Shown here in pieces: positions 26,298-35,616 of a stretch of 64,000 nucleotides of DNA (the stretch's first letter is position 1; the number at the start of each line of letters is the position of its first letter). The DNA is from Clostridia bacterium (GTDB taxonomy: Bacteria > Bacillota > Clostridia > Oscillospirales > Acutalibacteraceae). The DNA lies in the NCBI GenBank assembly GCA_017399535.1, contig JAFQBX010000043.1:11971-75970 (forward strand), written 5' to 3'. Below the pieces are notes generated by a model. The model searched no databases. It worked only from the letters and a program-made list of their open reading frames with translations, and was not told the origin of the DNA. A program made the position numbers and the translations under genes.

Positions 26298-26931
26298 ATT
26301 CTATTTCTTCATCCTTTTCAAAGGGAACCAGCCCTGCAACCTCAAACATTCCGCCTCGCATCCAGATTGACGGATTGATAATCGCACAGTAGCCCTTTCC
26401 GTTGAGACATTCCCAATCGGTCAGCTTTCTCTGTGGCAGTCCGTAGGTGGCCAAAATGGTCGAAATTACCCCTCCGTGAGCGCATATAACGGCAGTTGTC
26501 TTTCCCTCGGTCATCATGTGCTGCACGATACTGTTAAAGGTGGTTCCGACTCGGGTGATGAACTCGCGTGAGCTTTCGCCGTTGGGCACTGTCGCATCAA
26601 TATCACTCAGCTGTGTCCATTTAATGTAATCTTCGTTATCCTTTAATTCACTGTGAGTTTTGCCCTCAAAATCGCCGAAATTATACTCGATAAGCCCCGG
26701 TACAATAATCGGGTCGCAGTCGGGGTATAGCACGTCAAGTGTCTGTCTGCATCTATACATCGGACTGACGTAAAAAAGCTCGGCATCAGGATAAATATAC
26801 TTTTCTTTCATCTTTTCGAGCATTTGCAGTCCCTCGGGTATAACGGGAATATCGGTTTGACCGATGTACTGTCCTTTCAGGTTTCCTTCGGTTAAGCCGT
26901 GACGAATAAAATAAATTTTATATGTTTTCAC
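26296..26931 (-). CDS. histidine phosphatase family protein (phosphoglycerate mutase-like)
   Basis: 211 aa with the FIRHGLTEGN (RHG) motif and a later catalytic His (CAHGG). Confidence 0.85.
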   Translation of the reverse strand: MKTYKIYFIRHGLTEGNLKGQYIGQTDIPVIPEGLQMLEKMKEKYIYPDAELFYVSPMYRCRQTLDVLYPDCDPIIVPGLIEYNFGDFEGKTHSELKDNEDYIKWTQLSDIDATVPNGESSREFITRVGTTFNSIVQHMMTEGKTTAVICAHGGVISTILATYGLPQRKLTDWECLNGKGYCAIINPSIWMRGGMFEVAGLVPFEKDEEIE

Positions 26932-27120
26932 TTGTCATTCCGCCTTTTTGTTTTATATAAACATTATACATCTCAAAAAGCCGTATTTCAATGATTTATT
27001 TAGCCCGAAATTCGCATTATCCGACAATAAAACACAATATAAAAAGATTTCTCTTGTAATTGGCTGCATATATTGTTATAATGAATTATGTAAACAAAAG
27101 TATCAGGATGGTGAAAATGA

Positions 27121-27576
27121 ATGAAATGCCCATATTGTTCATTTGAAGAAAGCAAGGTTATCGACTCACGACCGACCGACGAAGGTGAAAGAATCAGACG
27201 CCGTCGCGAATGCCTTAATTGTCAAAAGCGATTCACTACCTACGAAATTATCGAAAGTTTGCCCATTATTGTTATCAAAAAGGATAAGAGTAGGGAGCCC
27301 TTTAATCGTGAAAAGGTGCTTAACGGCATCATGAGAGCTTGCGAAAAGCGTCCTGTTTCACTCGACACAATCGAAAAAATTGTTGACGACATCGAAGCGT
27401 CCATCAGCAATTCTCTCGACCGCGAGGTTTCGACGAGAAAGATTGGTGAGCTTATAATGGACAAGCTTAAAAATGTGGACGAGGTTGCCTACGTGCGATT
27501 TGCGTCGGTTTACCGCCAGTTTAAGGACATCAATACGTTTATGGAAGAGCTTAATAATCTTCTGCGGGAGAAATAA
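27121..27576 (+). CDS. nrdR: transcriptional repressor NrdR
   Basis: 151 aa with the MKCPYC...CLNC zinc ribbon and an ATP-cone. Confidence 0.93.
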   Translation: MKCPYCSFEESKVIDSRPTDEGERIRRRRECLNCQKRFTTYEIIESLPIIVIKKDKSREPFNREKVLNGIMRACEKRPVSLDTIEKIVDDIEASISNSLDREVSTRKIGELIMDKLKNVDEVAYVRFASVYRQFKDINTFMEELNNLLREK

Positions 27577-28094
27577 TGACGAGAGCGAAGGTTTGTTGTT
27601 TTACGGGGCATCGTCCCGAAGCACTGTTTTCAAATGCCGAAGAGCGTGAGATTTACGAGTTGATTTATGCCGCTGTCGAGGATGCCGTTTTTGACGGATA
27701 TGTCGAGTTTTATTGTGGCGGTTGTCGAGGTGGCGATTTCCTCTTTGGCGAGGCGGTTGTTGCGCTGAAAGAAAAATATCCCGAAATTCGCCTTATTTGC
27801 GTACTGCCGTTTCGAGGTCAGTCTGAATACTGGTCGAATGAGGATAGAGATCGATATGCCGACCTGCTTGACAATGCTGACGAGGTAATTTGTCTGCACG
27901 ACAGCTTTAAAAAGGGCTGTATGCACGAGCGAAACAGATATATGGTCGATAGGTCATCTCTGCTCGTTTCTGCATTTAACGGTACAAAAGGTGGTACCGA
28001 ATTTACCTTCAATTATGCAAAAAAGCAAGGACTTCGAATAGTCAACGTCCTTACTTTAATAGGTGAAGAAGATTTTCAGTTGTCATTTGAATAA
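27576..28094 (+). CDS. SLOG-fold DUF1273 (YpsA-like) protein
   Basis: 172 aa with CFTGHRP, GGCRGGDF and a NGTKGGTEFT pattern. Its start overlaps the nrdR stop. Confidence 0.75.
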   Translation: MTRAKVCCFTGHRPEALFSNAEEREIYELIYAAVEDAVFDGYVEFYCGGCRGGDFLFGEAVVALKEKYPEIRLICVLPFRGQSEYWSNEDRDRYADLLDNADEVICLHDSFKKGCMHERNRYMVDRSSLLVSAFNGTKGGTEFTFNYAKKQGLRIVNVLTLIGEEDFQLSFE

Positions 28095-28347
28095 TTTCAA
28101 TTTGCAGCTTTACTACGGGCGCGGTTAAATATGACCGCGCTCTTTTTATATCTTCATTTTTGGTTGCGATTTTGATTTGTTTACCAAAAAGGGTTATTTC
28201 ATTTTCGGTCACCGAAAAGGCAGGGGAAGGGTCGTCATAGCCGATTTTACGCGTAGTTTCGTCGGCGCGAATTATGATTATTAAGGTAATTAGCGGAATA
28301 AGCGTCGCAATCAGCGTCATAAAAAACGCGCGGAAAAACAGCTTCAT
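28051..28347 (-). CDS. hypothetical small membrane protein downstream of gpr
   Basis: 98 aa from the internal ATG at 28347, which overlaps the gpr stop (ATGA). It has one N-terminal TM (FFMTLIATLIPLITLIIII). The longer track ORF overlaps gpr out of frame. Confidence 0.45.
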   Translation of the reverse strand: MKLFFRAFFMTLIATLIPLITLIIIIRADETTRKIGYDDPSPAFSVTENEITLFGKQIKIATKNEDIKRARSYLTAPVVKLQIEIIQMTTENLLHLLK

Positions 28348-29231
28348 ATCAGTCCCATTATGGTTTCGCGGTCGATATTCTCTTGAAGCGCATAGTTTAT
28401 CGCCATCGAAACGGTCGCGGCTCCTCTCGATACGAGAAGGTCGATTTCCTGTGGCGTGACTATCATTTTTGCACCGCGAGGGTTTACCGTTCTTTCGCAT
28501 TCGTGACCTGTCAAATCCTGAGCCAACGTTACCGCATCAACCACCGTCGGAATTCCAACCGAAATAACCGGTACGCCTATTGTCTTTTCGCTTATTTCCG
28601 CTCTTTTGTTTCCTACACCCGAGCCGGGACAGATTCCCGTATCCGACATCTGAATTGTGCAACCGAGTCGGCTCAAACAGCGCGATGCAAGTGCATCAAT
28701 TACGATTACCGCCGACGGTTTTATAAGTCGAGTAATACCCGCTATAATTTCGCCCGTTTCGATTCCTGTCTGACCGAGTACACCCGGCGAAATTACAGCT
28801 ACCGGCCGCATATCGTCGAGCCCTATCGACCGAGCAATTTCGCCTTCGATGTGTCGTGTCGCGAGAATACCCTTTGCCGCCTTTGGCCCAATTGCGTCGG
28901 GAGTGATAGAGGTGTTGCCGAGCCCTGCAACAAGCACGAGTCCCTTCGGTAAAAAGCCAATCAGTTCACTACTAACGGCGTTTATTGCGTTTTCGTTCAT
29001 TTCGCCGCTGTCGGTGAGTGGCGGCGTTTCAACCGTAACGTAGGTGCCGATGGGCTTGCCGAGCGCCATTTCGCCGTTTTTATTTTTTATTTTTATTCGC
29101 GTAATTTTAATATCGTCTAAAACTGTTTCTTCGCATTCGATTCCGTCGGTTTGGTCGGGATTGAGCTCCTTTTGCTCTAATGCAAGGTCGGTTCTTATGG
29201 ACATTTCATCCTCCAAAAGTGTTGTTTTCAC
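28344..29231 (-). CDS. gpr: germination protease GPR
   Basis: 295 aa with the IRTDLALE N-terminus and the GLGN...PD.IGP and D.GI.PGSGVGN motifs. Confidence 0.9.
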   Translation of the reverse strand: MKTTLLEDEMSIRTDLALEQKELNPDQTDGIECEETVLDDIKITRIKIKNKNGEMALGKPIGTYVTVETPPLTDSGEMNENAINAVSSELIGFLPKGLVLVAGLGNTSITPDAIGPKAAKGILATRHIEGEIARSIGLDDMRPVAVISPGVLGQTGIETGEIIAGITRLIKPSAVIVIDALASRCLSRLGCTIQMSDTGICPGSGVGNKRAEISEKTIGVPVISVGIPTVVDAVTLAQDLTGHECERTVNPRGAKMIVTPQEIDLLVSRGAATVSMAINYALQENIDRETIMGLI

Positions 29232-29369
29232 GCTATATTATGTGCAGAAAGCCCGAAAATAAAAAATATTGAGCTATTATTGTAAAAAATACTTGCAATT
29301 TACAATAATAAATGGTATGATAACTGTTGCTTATTAAAGATTTATGTAATTTTTGAAGGAGGTGTAAGT

Positions 29370-29630
29370 ATGCCTAATATCAAATCCGCTAAAAAACGTG
29401 TTTTGGTTGCCGAAGTTAGAACAGCCCGTAACAAGGCTCGCAATTCTGCACTGAAAACCTCCATAAAAAAGGCTAACGCTGCTATTGAAACCAACGCTGC
29501 TGATAAAGTAGAAGTTGTAAAGGCAGCTGTAAAGAGCATTGATCAGGCTGCTGCGAAGGGAATTATTCATAAGAACTGTGCAGCTCACAAGAAGTCAGCA
29601 ATGATCAAAAAGTTAAATGCCGCTGAATAA
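29370..29630 (+). CDS. rpsT: 30S ribosomal protein S20
   Basis: 86 aa, starting MPNIKSAKKRV.... Confidence 0.93.
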   Translation: MPNIKSAKKRVLVAEVRTARNKARNSALKTSIKKANAAIETNAADKVEVVKAAVKSIDQAAAKGIIHKNCAAHKKSAMIKKLNAAE

Positions 29631-29686
29631 TTAAAATGTAAAATAAAAAAATGCTTTGTACCAATCGGTACAAAGCATTTTTTTAT

Positions 29687-30178
29687 TTATTCTTTTACAA
29701 GCACCTTTACGATTTCACCAACGTACATTCTGTGAAAATCGTTGTCATACCATTTAAGGCAGTTTTTATCAACAAAGCCATCTTCTTTAAGGTCACTCGC
29801 GTACAGCTTTTTACATACAATCGTCAGCCGTGCCTCGTCAAAGGTGACTGTTCCGTCAACATAAACGGGTGTGAGTCCTGCTTCGGCGGTCTTGTCTATG
29901 TCGCGACCGCTCTTTTTACCGCAAACTGCGTGAATGTCCTTTTTATCTCCGTAGAAGGAGAGGGTGAAAAGTTCGCTCTTTTCCATAAATTCGTAGGTGT
30001 ATCTCTGTGGACGGATGACAGTGACGGCAACGTCCTTACCCCACATTTCGCCCATTCCGCCCCAGCTTGCGGTCATCATGTTGTATCCTGTTTCATCTCC
30101 TGCTGTGACAAGCATCCACTCGTCAGCAATGAGCTTTATTATATTATCCTTAATTTCCTTTGCCATAATTTCTTTCAT
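29687..30178 (-). CDS. flavin reductase-like (FMN-binding split barrel) protein
   Basis: 163 aa with WMLVTAGD...NMMTASWGG, typical of the family. The antisense 177-aa ORF has no recognisable features. Confidence 0.8.
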   Translation of the reverse strand: MKEIMAKEIKDNIIKLIADEWMLVTAGDETGYNMMTASWGGMGEMWGKDVAVTVIRPQRYTYEFMEKSELFTLSFYGDKKDIHAVCGKKSGRDIDKTAEAGLTPVYVDGTVTFDEARLTIVCKKLYASDLKEDGFVDKNCLKWYDNDFHRMYVGEIVKVLVKE

Positions 30179-30241
30179 AAATAAATCAACTCCTCTTCAT
30201 GCTACTGATTTTATCATATTCTAGCCGCGTTTACAAGTAAA

Positions 30242-32542
30242 TTATGCGGCGTTTTCGATAATTGCCACCATAACGGTAATGTCGTCCTCGTGACCTTTTT
30301 CGCATCGGCGAAGTGCCATGTCAGCGAGTTTTTCGGCAAGCTTTTGAGCCGAACCATCCTGCCATAATCCGATTTCGTGCGAAATCCATTCGATTCCGTC
30401 AACAGCCGCCCCGTCTGACATCATAACTACGATATCACCCTTCGCCAAGTTTACACCTGCACAGTCGAATTTTACCTCGCGAAGAATTCCTGCGGGCAGG
30501 GAGGTGCTTTCGGCGCGACCTGTATATCCACGCTGACGTATAACGGTCGGTGCGGCTCCTGCCTTATACATATCCATTCGCCCTGAAAAAAGGTCGATAT
30601 TCGCCGCATCAATGGTCGCGAGTGATTCATCCACCGATTTAAAAATCATTGCGGAATTAACGATTTTCAGCGAACAGTCATAGCCGAAGCCTGCCTTTAT
30701 CAGCTGCGCCATGAGCCCAGATGCCATAGCCGAGTCAACAGCCGCTCTGCCACCCGTACCCATTCCGTCGGATAAAATCATAACTGCACTTCCGCGTCCA
30801 TCGGTGAAAACATCTCCCGAATCGCCGCATATTTTTGCTCCTCTGCACGAATGTTGAGCGATTCCATAATCGATGGCAAATACCGCCTTTTCGGATAGCG
30901 TGATGAGATTTCCTCGCTCATTTGATACAATCGTCGGCGGGTCAAATTCTCTCGCACAAACGGCAGAAGCCGTTTTAACCAGCTCTGACCTGTTAATGAG
31001 CTTGTTCATTACGCCTGTGCGAATTTCGACCGTCATGTGACTGTATTTATCCACCGAACAAGCGATATCTGTCGCAATAATTCCAATTTCCTTTAATCGT
31101 GAGCTTAACAGCCGAGCGGTCTGAATATCGTACCTTCTTGACTTTTCGAAATCTACTGCCATTTCGCGAAGCATATCCGACATTCCTTGAAATTGGTCAC
31201 ATACCACACCTCTTACCTCGTCGATTCGCTTTTGTGCCGTCTGCTTCGAGATATAGTCGCCGTATTCAGTTTTTAGCCGTTCTTTTATTTTTTCTTTTCT
31301 GGAACAGGTGCTGTAAAGCGGTATTTCCTGCTCTTCGCCGCTTGTCATCTCCTTGATTATCAGTGCCATTGACGAAAGGGTGCTTTCCTTTTCCTTCTCC
31401 CAGCAGTGCATCCTCAGTCCGCATTCGGTGCAAACGCTTTTTTCTGTCAGTCGGAATATCTGGTCGTATTCGGGTGTGTTAATTTTCGCCAAGCGGTTGG
31501 ACACCTTTTTTAGTGTTTTATCGATATTTGTAAGGGCATCGGAAGCGCCTTTGAGCCGCATTGATACGGTTTTTCTGAGTCCGTCGAGGCGTGGCATTTC
31601 GGGTGCAGGAGCGAAAAAGGCGGAAAAGAACACCTGCATACTTTTTGGCATGATTAGGGTTAAAAGTATGCTAATGATTATCTCGTATAACGAGGTGAGA
31701 CTTGCGTCTACTTGACCCGATTGAATGAATATCACCGTACTGCTGACCAAAAATGCCGCCGCTGACCCGATTATGCCAAAGTGAGCGAAAAGTCCTGCAA
31801 CCATTCCGCCTAAGCTATACGCTCCGGCTAAAAACATCATTGACCCTGACGTTAGCGACATTGCAAAGCCGAGTGATGCGCCTACGATGGCACCTGCCGT
31901 TTCGCGACCGTATCTGGCCGCCGATATGATGAGAAATACTGAGATAACCCTCGCTATCGAAATGTGCATAATCTCGATTTCCGAAAGGGACATTATCAGC
32001 ATCGAAAACACTACCGCAACGCTTACGAGGTTTGCCTGACCTATTCCGTGAGGAGAACGTGCGGTATCCTTGATTTTAGCCGCCTTGTTTATAAAATATG
32101 CTCCCGAAGCGCATATCAATCCTTCGGCGAAACACATTATAAGGTCGTTGAAGCTCGATATGAATATCAGCCCAGATAACGAGCCCACTCCGCCTAAAAG
32201 TGCCGAAAATCCGCTTGTTTTTGTCATTTTCAGCTTGTTGGGAAGCGCCCATTTCAGCATGGTTACGGTGACAACTGCACCTATGTATCTTATGCCGCCG
32301 CTGCTTGTCACGGGTATAAAGTAGCCGATTGCCGCACCAATTGCCGCGGCAATCGACATTTCGCACGGCATACCTGCAACTGCCGCAATTCCTAACGGCG
32401 CATATCCCTTAAAAAACATTACCCGAGAAAGCAAAAATCCGCATACTGCCGAAATTAGTTGACATAAAACCGCAAACGGCAATTCAGCCAACTGCTTTTT
32501 ACCAATGGACCTTTTTACTGCATTTTCTTTCAACATTCCCAC
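30242..32542 (-). CDS. spoIIE: stage II sporulation protein E (PP2C phosphatase)
   Basis: 766 aa with about 10 N-terminal TM segments and a C-terminal PP2C domain (GDSGD...SDGMGTG...MMSDG...DDITV). Confidence 0.9.
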   Translation of the reverse strand: MGMLKENAVKRSIGKKQLAELPFAVLCQLISAVCGFLLSRVMFFKGYAPLGIAAVAGMPCEMSIAAAIGAAIGYFIPVTSSGGIRYIGAVVTVTMLKWALPNKLKMTKTSGFSALLGGVGSLSGLIFISSFNDLIMCFAEGLICASGAYFINKAAKIKDTARSPHGIGQANLVSVAVVFSMLIMSLSEIEIMHISIARVISVFLIISAARYGRETAGAIVGASLGFAMSLTSGSMMFLAGAYSLGGMVAGLFAHFGIIGSAAAFLVSSTVIFIQSGQVDASLTSLYEIIISILLTLIMPKSMQVFFSAFFAPAPEMPRLDGLRKTVSMRLKGASDALTNIDKTLKKVSNRLAKINTPEYDQIFRLTEKSVCTECGLRMHCWEKEKESTLSSMALIIKEMTSGEEQEIPLYSTCSRKEKIKERLKTEYGDYISKQTAQKRIDEVRGVVCDQFQGMSDMLREMAVDFEKSRRYDIQTARLLSSRLKEIGIIATDIACSVDKYSHMTVEIRTGVMNKLINRSELVKTASAVCAREFDPPTIVSNERGNLITLSEKAVFAIDYGIAQHSCRGAKICGDSGDVFTDGRGSAVMILSDGMGTGGRAAVDSAMASGLMAQLIKAGFGYDCSLKIVNSAMIFKSVDESLATIDAANIDLFSGRMDMYKAGAAPTVIRQRGYTGRAESTSLPAGILREVKFDCAGVNLAKGDIVVMMSDGAAVDGIEWISHEIGLWQDGSAQKLAEKLADMALRRCEKGHEDDITVMVAIIENAA

Positions 32543-32703
32543 CGCCTGATATTAGTTTATAATTATTATAATGTAACGGCGGTACCAATTTTGTCACAAG
32601 AGGTATGAGCGAATAGGTAACTTTGTGACGCTAAATGCCGAAAATGAATTTTATTGAAAGAAAGAGGCGGCATAATCGTATAAAAAAAGTAAAAAAATTC
32701 CGC

Positions 32704-32732
32704 TTGACTAATCTTGAAAAGGGGAGTATAAT
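32704..32732 (+). promoter_or_regulatory. sigma-A type promoter of the lexA operon
   Basis: TTGACT (32704-32709), a 17-nt spacer, then TATAAT (32727-32732). Confidence 0.55.
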
Positions 32733-32734
32733 TT

Positions 32735-32756
32735 AAATGAAACAAATTTTTCATTT
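32735..32756. promoter_or_regulatory. inverted repeat just downstream of the lexA -10; candidate operator
   Basis: AAATGAAA-CAAATT-TTTCATTT. It is not the canonical CGAAC-N4-GTTCG box. Confidence 0.3.
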
Positions 32757-32783
32757 AGAAATTGAGCGAGAGGTGAGCGAATT

Positions 32784-33389
32784 TTGCGAACAAAGAATAG
32801 TGAATATTTTATTCAAATCGAGGAGTTTGTAAAGGAATATTATGAAAAAAACGGGATTTCTCCCTCTATGCGCGAAATTTCGCAAAAGGTCGGGATTTCC
32901 TGCGCTACCGTTCAGCGCTATTTGTCCACGATGCGAGATGAGGGTAAAATAAAATACAGCGGTCACCGCTCAATTACGTCGAGTCAATCTGTCCGCGATT
33001 TTGGCGAAATTTTAAAGGTGCCTGTTTTGGGCAGAGTTTCCTGCGGCTTGCCGAAATATGCCGAGGAAAATATCGAGGAATATATCAATTTACCCACCTC
33101 AATTTTCGGGAACGGTAATTTTTATATTTTGTACGCGAGTGGAGACTCAATGATTGAAGCAGGGATAAACGACGGCGATATGGTCCTTATTCGCGTTCAG
33201 AATACGGCTGAGGTGGGGGATATTGTCGTCGCGCTTATCGATGATGAGGTAACTTTAAAGAGATATTATCCCGACCCTGTGCATAAACGAATTCGACTTC
33301 ACCCTGAAAATCGCTCGATGAAGGATATTATTGTTTCCGACTGTATCGTTCAGGGTGTCGCAGTAAAGCTGATAAAGGATTTGAGCTGA
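32784..33389 (+). CDS. lexA: LexA repressor (S24 peptidase)
   Basis: 201 aa with an N-terminal wHTH (PSMREISQKVGISCATVQRYL), the catalytic SGDSM and LKRY Lys. TTG start. Confidence 0.9.
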   Translation: MRTKNSEYFIQIEEFVKEYYEKNGISPSMREISQKVGISCATVQRYLSTMRDEGKIKYSGHRSITSSQSVRDFGEILKVPVLGRVSCGLPKYAEENIEEYINLPTSIFGNGNFYILYASGDSMIEAGINDGDMVLIRVQNTAEVGDIVVALIDDEVTLKRYYPDPVHKRIRLHPENRSMKDIIVSDCIVQGVAVKLIKDLS

Positions 33390-33394
33390 TAAAA

Positions 33395-33652
33395 ATGCAG
33401 TACCGAAGAATACAACTCGAAGTGGAAGCGGTATTTCATACCGACGGAAGCTTTGCGCCAAAGAGAATATATTTCGACGAAAAGCCGTACGAAATCGACC
33501 GAATTATACGGGTGCGTCCCTATTGTCCTCGCGTGGTCGGATGCGTTGCGCCTATTCAGTACACCGTCCTCGTCGAAGGTGCGCAGAAAAAGATATATTA
33601 CGAGGCCGATTCAAACACATGGTTTTCGATAAAGGAATGTGATAAAACGTGA
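33395..33652 (+). CDS. hypothetical 85-aa protein between lexA and dinB
   Basis: It starts 5 nt after the lexA stop, and its stop overlaps the dinB GTG start (GTGA). No TM segment and no motif I recognise. Confidence 0.6.
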   Translation: MQYRRIQLEVEAVFHTDGSFAPKRIYFDEKPYEIDRIIRVRPYCPRVVGCVAPIQYTVLVEGAQKKIYYEADSNTWFSIKECDKT

Positions 33653-34884
33653 GCGAAAGGGCGATATTGCATAGCGACCTTAATTGCTTTTTCGCCTCGG
33701 TCGAAAGGGTGCTTAACCCCGAATACGAGGGAAAGGCGATCGCGGTTTGCGGCTCTACCGAGGATCGCCACGGCATCGTTTTAGCTAAATCCGAGCTTGC
33801 GAAACAGGCAGGAGTAAAAACCGGAATGGTTATCTGGCAGGCAAAGCAACTGTGCCCCGATTTGATTACGGTAAAGCCGAATTACGAATATTATTCAAAG
33901 TTTTCGTCACTTGTACGCGATATATATTATCGTTTTACCGACCTTGTCGAGCCGTTTGGACTTGACGAGTGTTGGCTCGACGTGACGAATAGCCATATTT
34001 TCGGCTCACCCTACGAAATCGCCGAAAAAATCCGCACTACTATAAAAAGCGAACTCGGGCTTACCGTCAGCATTGGCGTTTCGTATAATAAGGTGTTCGC
34101 AAAGCTCGGCTCGGATATGAAAAAGCCCGATGCAATAACCGAAATCAGCCGCGAAAATTTCCGCGATAAAATATGGAATTTGAACGTTTCTAATCTGCTT
34201 TACGTCGGTCGTGCGACAACAAAGCGGCTGAACGAACATGGCATTTTTACAATAGGGGAGTTGGCATTGTCACCTCTTTCGGTAATTCAAAAAATGCTCG
34301 GCGTAAACGGCGTTCAGCTGTGGCATTATGCAAGGGGAGAAGATACTTCGAGGGTAATGCACCGCGATTTTGTCTTTCCGGCAAAGAGCTTGGGTCATGG
34401 AATAACCTGTAATGCCGACCTCGAAAACGAAGAGGAGGTATGGCGGGTTATATTGCAGCTATCTCAGGATTTGGGACATCGACTCCGCGTGCATAATCTG
34501 TCGGCTTCGGGGGTCAAATTATCGGTGAAAAGCGATGATTTAAAGGTGCGTCAGTATCAGGCACCCCTCGAAATTCAAACCCAAAGTCCGTTTGAAATCG
34601 CCACTGCTGCACGACGACTTTTTAAATCGTACGAGTGGGAGAAAAAGGTTCGTGCCTTGTCGGTTACTGCAATCGGACTTTCGCCCGAGTCAAAGCCGTT
34701 TCAGATTGATTTGTTTGCCGATTTGGAGCGCCATGATAAGCAAAAAAGTATTGACGATGCGGTTTACATAATACGTAATAAATTTGGTGATAAGTCGGTG
34801 CGTTCTGCGTCATTGTTAGGCAACTTGAAAATGCCGAATGATTCGGAACGCAATAGCGTATTACCCGGTAAAATGTTTGAATAA
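33649..34884 (+). CDS. dinB: DNA polymerase IV (Y-family)
   Basis: 411 aa with ILHSDLNCFFASVE, LDECWLDVT and SIGVSYNKVFAKL. Confidence 0.9.
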   Translation: MSERAILHSDLNCFFASVERVLNPEYEGKAIAVCGSTEDRHGIVLAKSELAKQAGVKTGMVIWQAKQLCPDLITVKPNYEYYSKFSSLVRDIYYRFTDLVEPFGLDECWLDVTNSHIFGSPYEIAEKIRTTIKSELGLTVSIGVSYNKVFAKLGSDMKKPDAITEISRENFRDKIWNLNVSNLLYVGRATTKRLNEHGIFTIGELALSPLSVIQKMLGVNGVQLWHYARGEDTSRVMHRDFVFPAKSLGHGITCNADLENEEEVWRVILQLSQDLGHRLRVHNLSASGVKLSVKSDDLKVRQYQAPLEIQTQSPFEIATAARRLFKSYEWEKKVRALSVTAIGLSPESKPFQIDLFADLERHDKQKSIDDAVYIIRNKFGDKSVRSASLLGNLKMPNDSERNSVLPGKMFE

Positions 34885-34913
34885 ACCGCATTACATTACA
34901 AATTCAGCATAAA

Positions 34914-34953
34914 AATATTCCGTGCATTGTTTTAAAATAATGCACGGAATATT
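34914..34953. terminator. bidirectional terminator (dinB / ispF)
   Basis: AATATTCCGTGCATT-N10-AATGCACGGAATATT. Confidence 0.7.
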
Positions 34954-34971
34954 TATGTTTACATAATTCTA

Positions 34972-35448
34972 TTAAACTTTTTCAATTAAGCAAACCGAGT
35001 GCGCCGAAATTCCTTCGAGCCGTCCTGTGAAACCCATTCCTTCCTCAGTAGTGGCTTTTACGCTCACGTAGTTGACAGAAATGCCAATCATATCGGCAAT
35101 ATTTTTTCTCATTTTATCAATGTGAGGAGCGAGCTTCGGCTTTTGCGCCAAAACGGTAGCGTCAATATTTATAATGCGGTATCCGTTATCCTTTATGATT
35201 TCGGCCGTTCTTTTGAGCAGAAGCATGCTGTCGGCGTTTTTATAATTTTGGTCGGTGTCGGGGAAATGCTTTCCAATATCGCCGAGAGCAGCCGCACCAA
35301 AAAGCGAGTCGGATATAGCATGAGCGAGGACATCGGCGTCGGAGTGACCGGCAAGTCCCATTTCAAATTCAATTTTTTCTCCGCCGATTATGAGAGGTCG
35401 CCCTTTTTCAAATCGGTGGGCATCATAGCCGTGACCAATACGAAACAT
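34972..35448 (-). CDS. ispF: 2-C-methyl-D-erythritol 2,4-cyclodiphosphate synthase
   Basis: [13 protein letters not shown]... and GHSDADV. I chose the ATG at 35448, with AAGGGGGA 8 nt upstream. Confidence 0.9.
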   Translation of the reverse strand: MFRIGHGYDAHRFEKGRPLIIGGEKIEFEMGLAGHSDADVLAHAISDSLFGAAALGDIGKHFPDTDQNYKNADSMLLLKRTAEIIKDNGYRIINIDATVLAQKPKLAPHIDKMRKNIADMIGISVNYVSVKATTEEGMGFTGRLEGISAHSVCLIEKV

Positions 35449-35616
35449 AGAAAAAATCCCCCTTTTCATATCACGATACTATTATACAACATCTTTATTA
35501 CATAAGCAATTGTATAAATTGCTACAAAAAAAGTTAAAATTTTTACACACAAAACGATTGATTATATCTATATTTATGTTAAAATAAATATACTAGTATG
35601 TTTGGAGGTGTACCCT

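Noticed and set aside
32776-32795. Canonical Firmicute LexA box at the lexA start (GCGAAC...)
   Set aside because: Only one CGAAC half-site is present, with no GTTCG partner at N4 spacing, and it overlaps the start codon.
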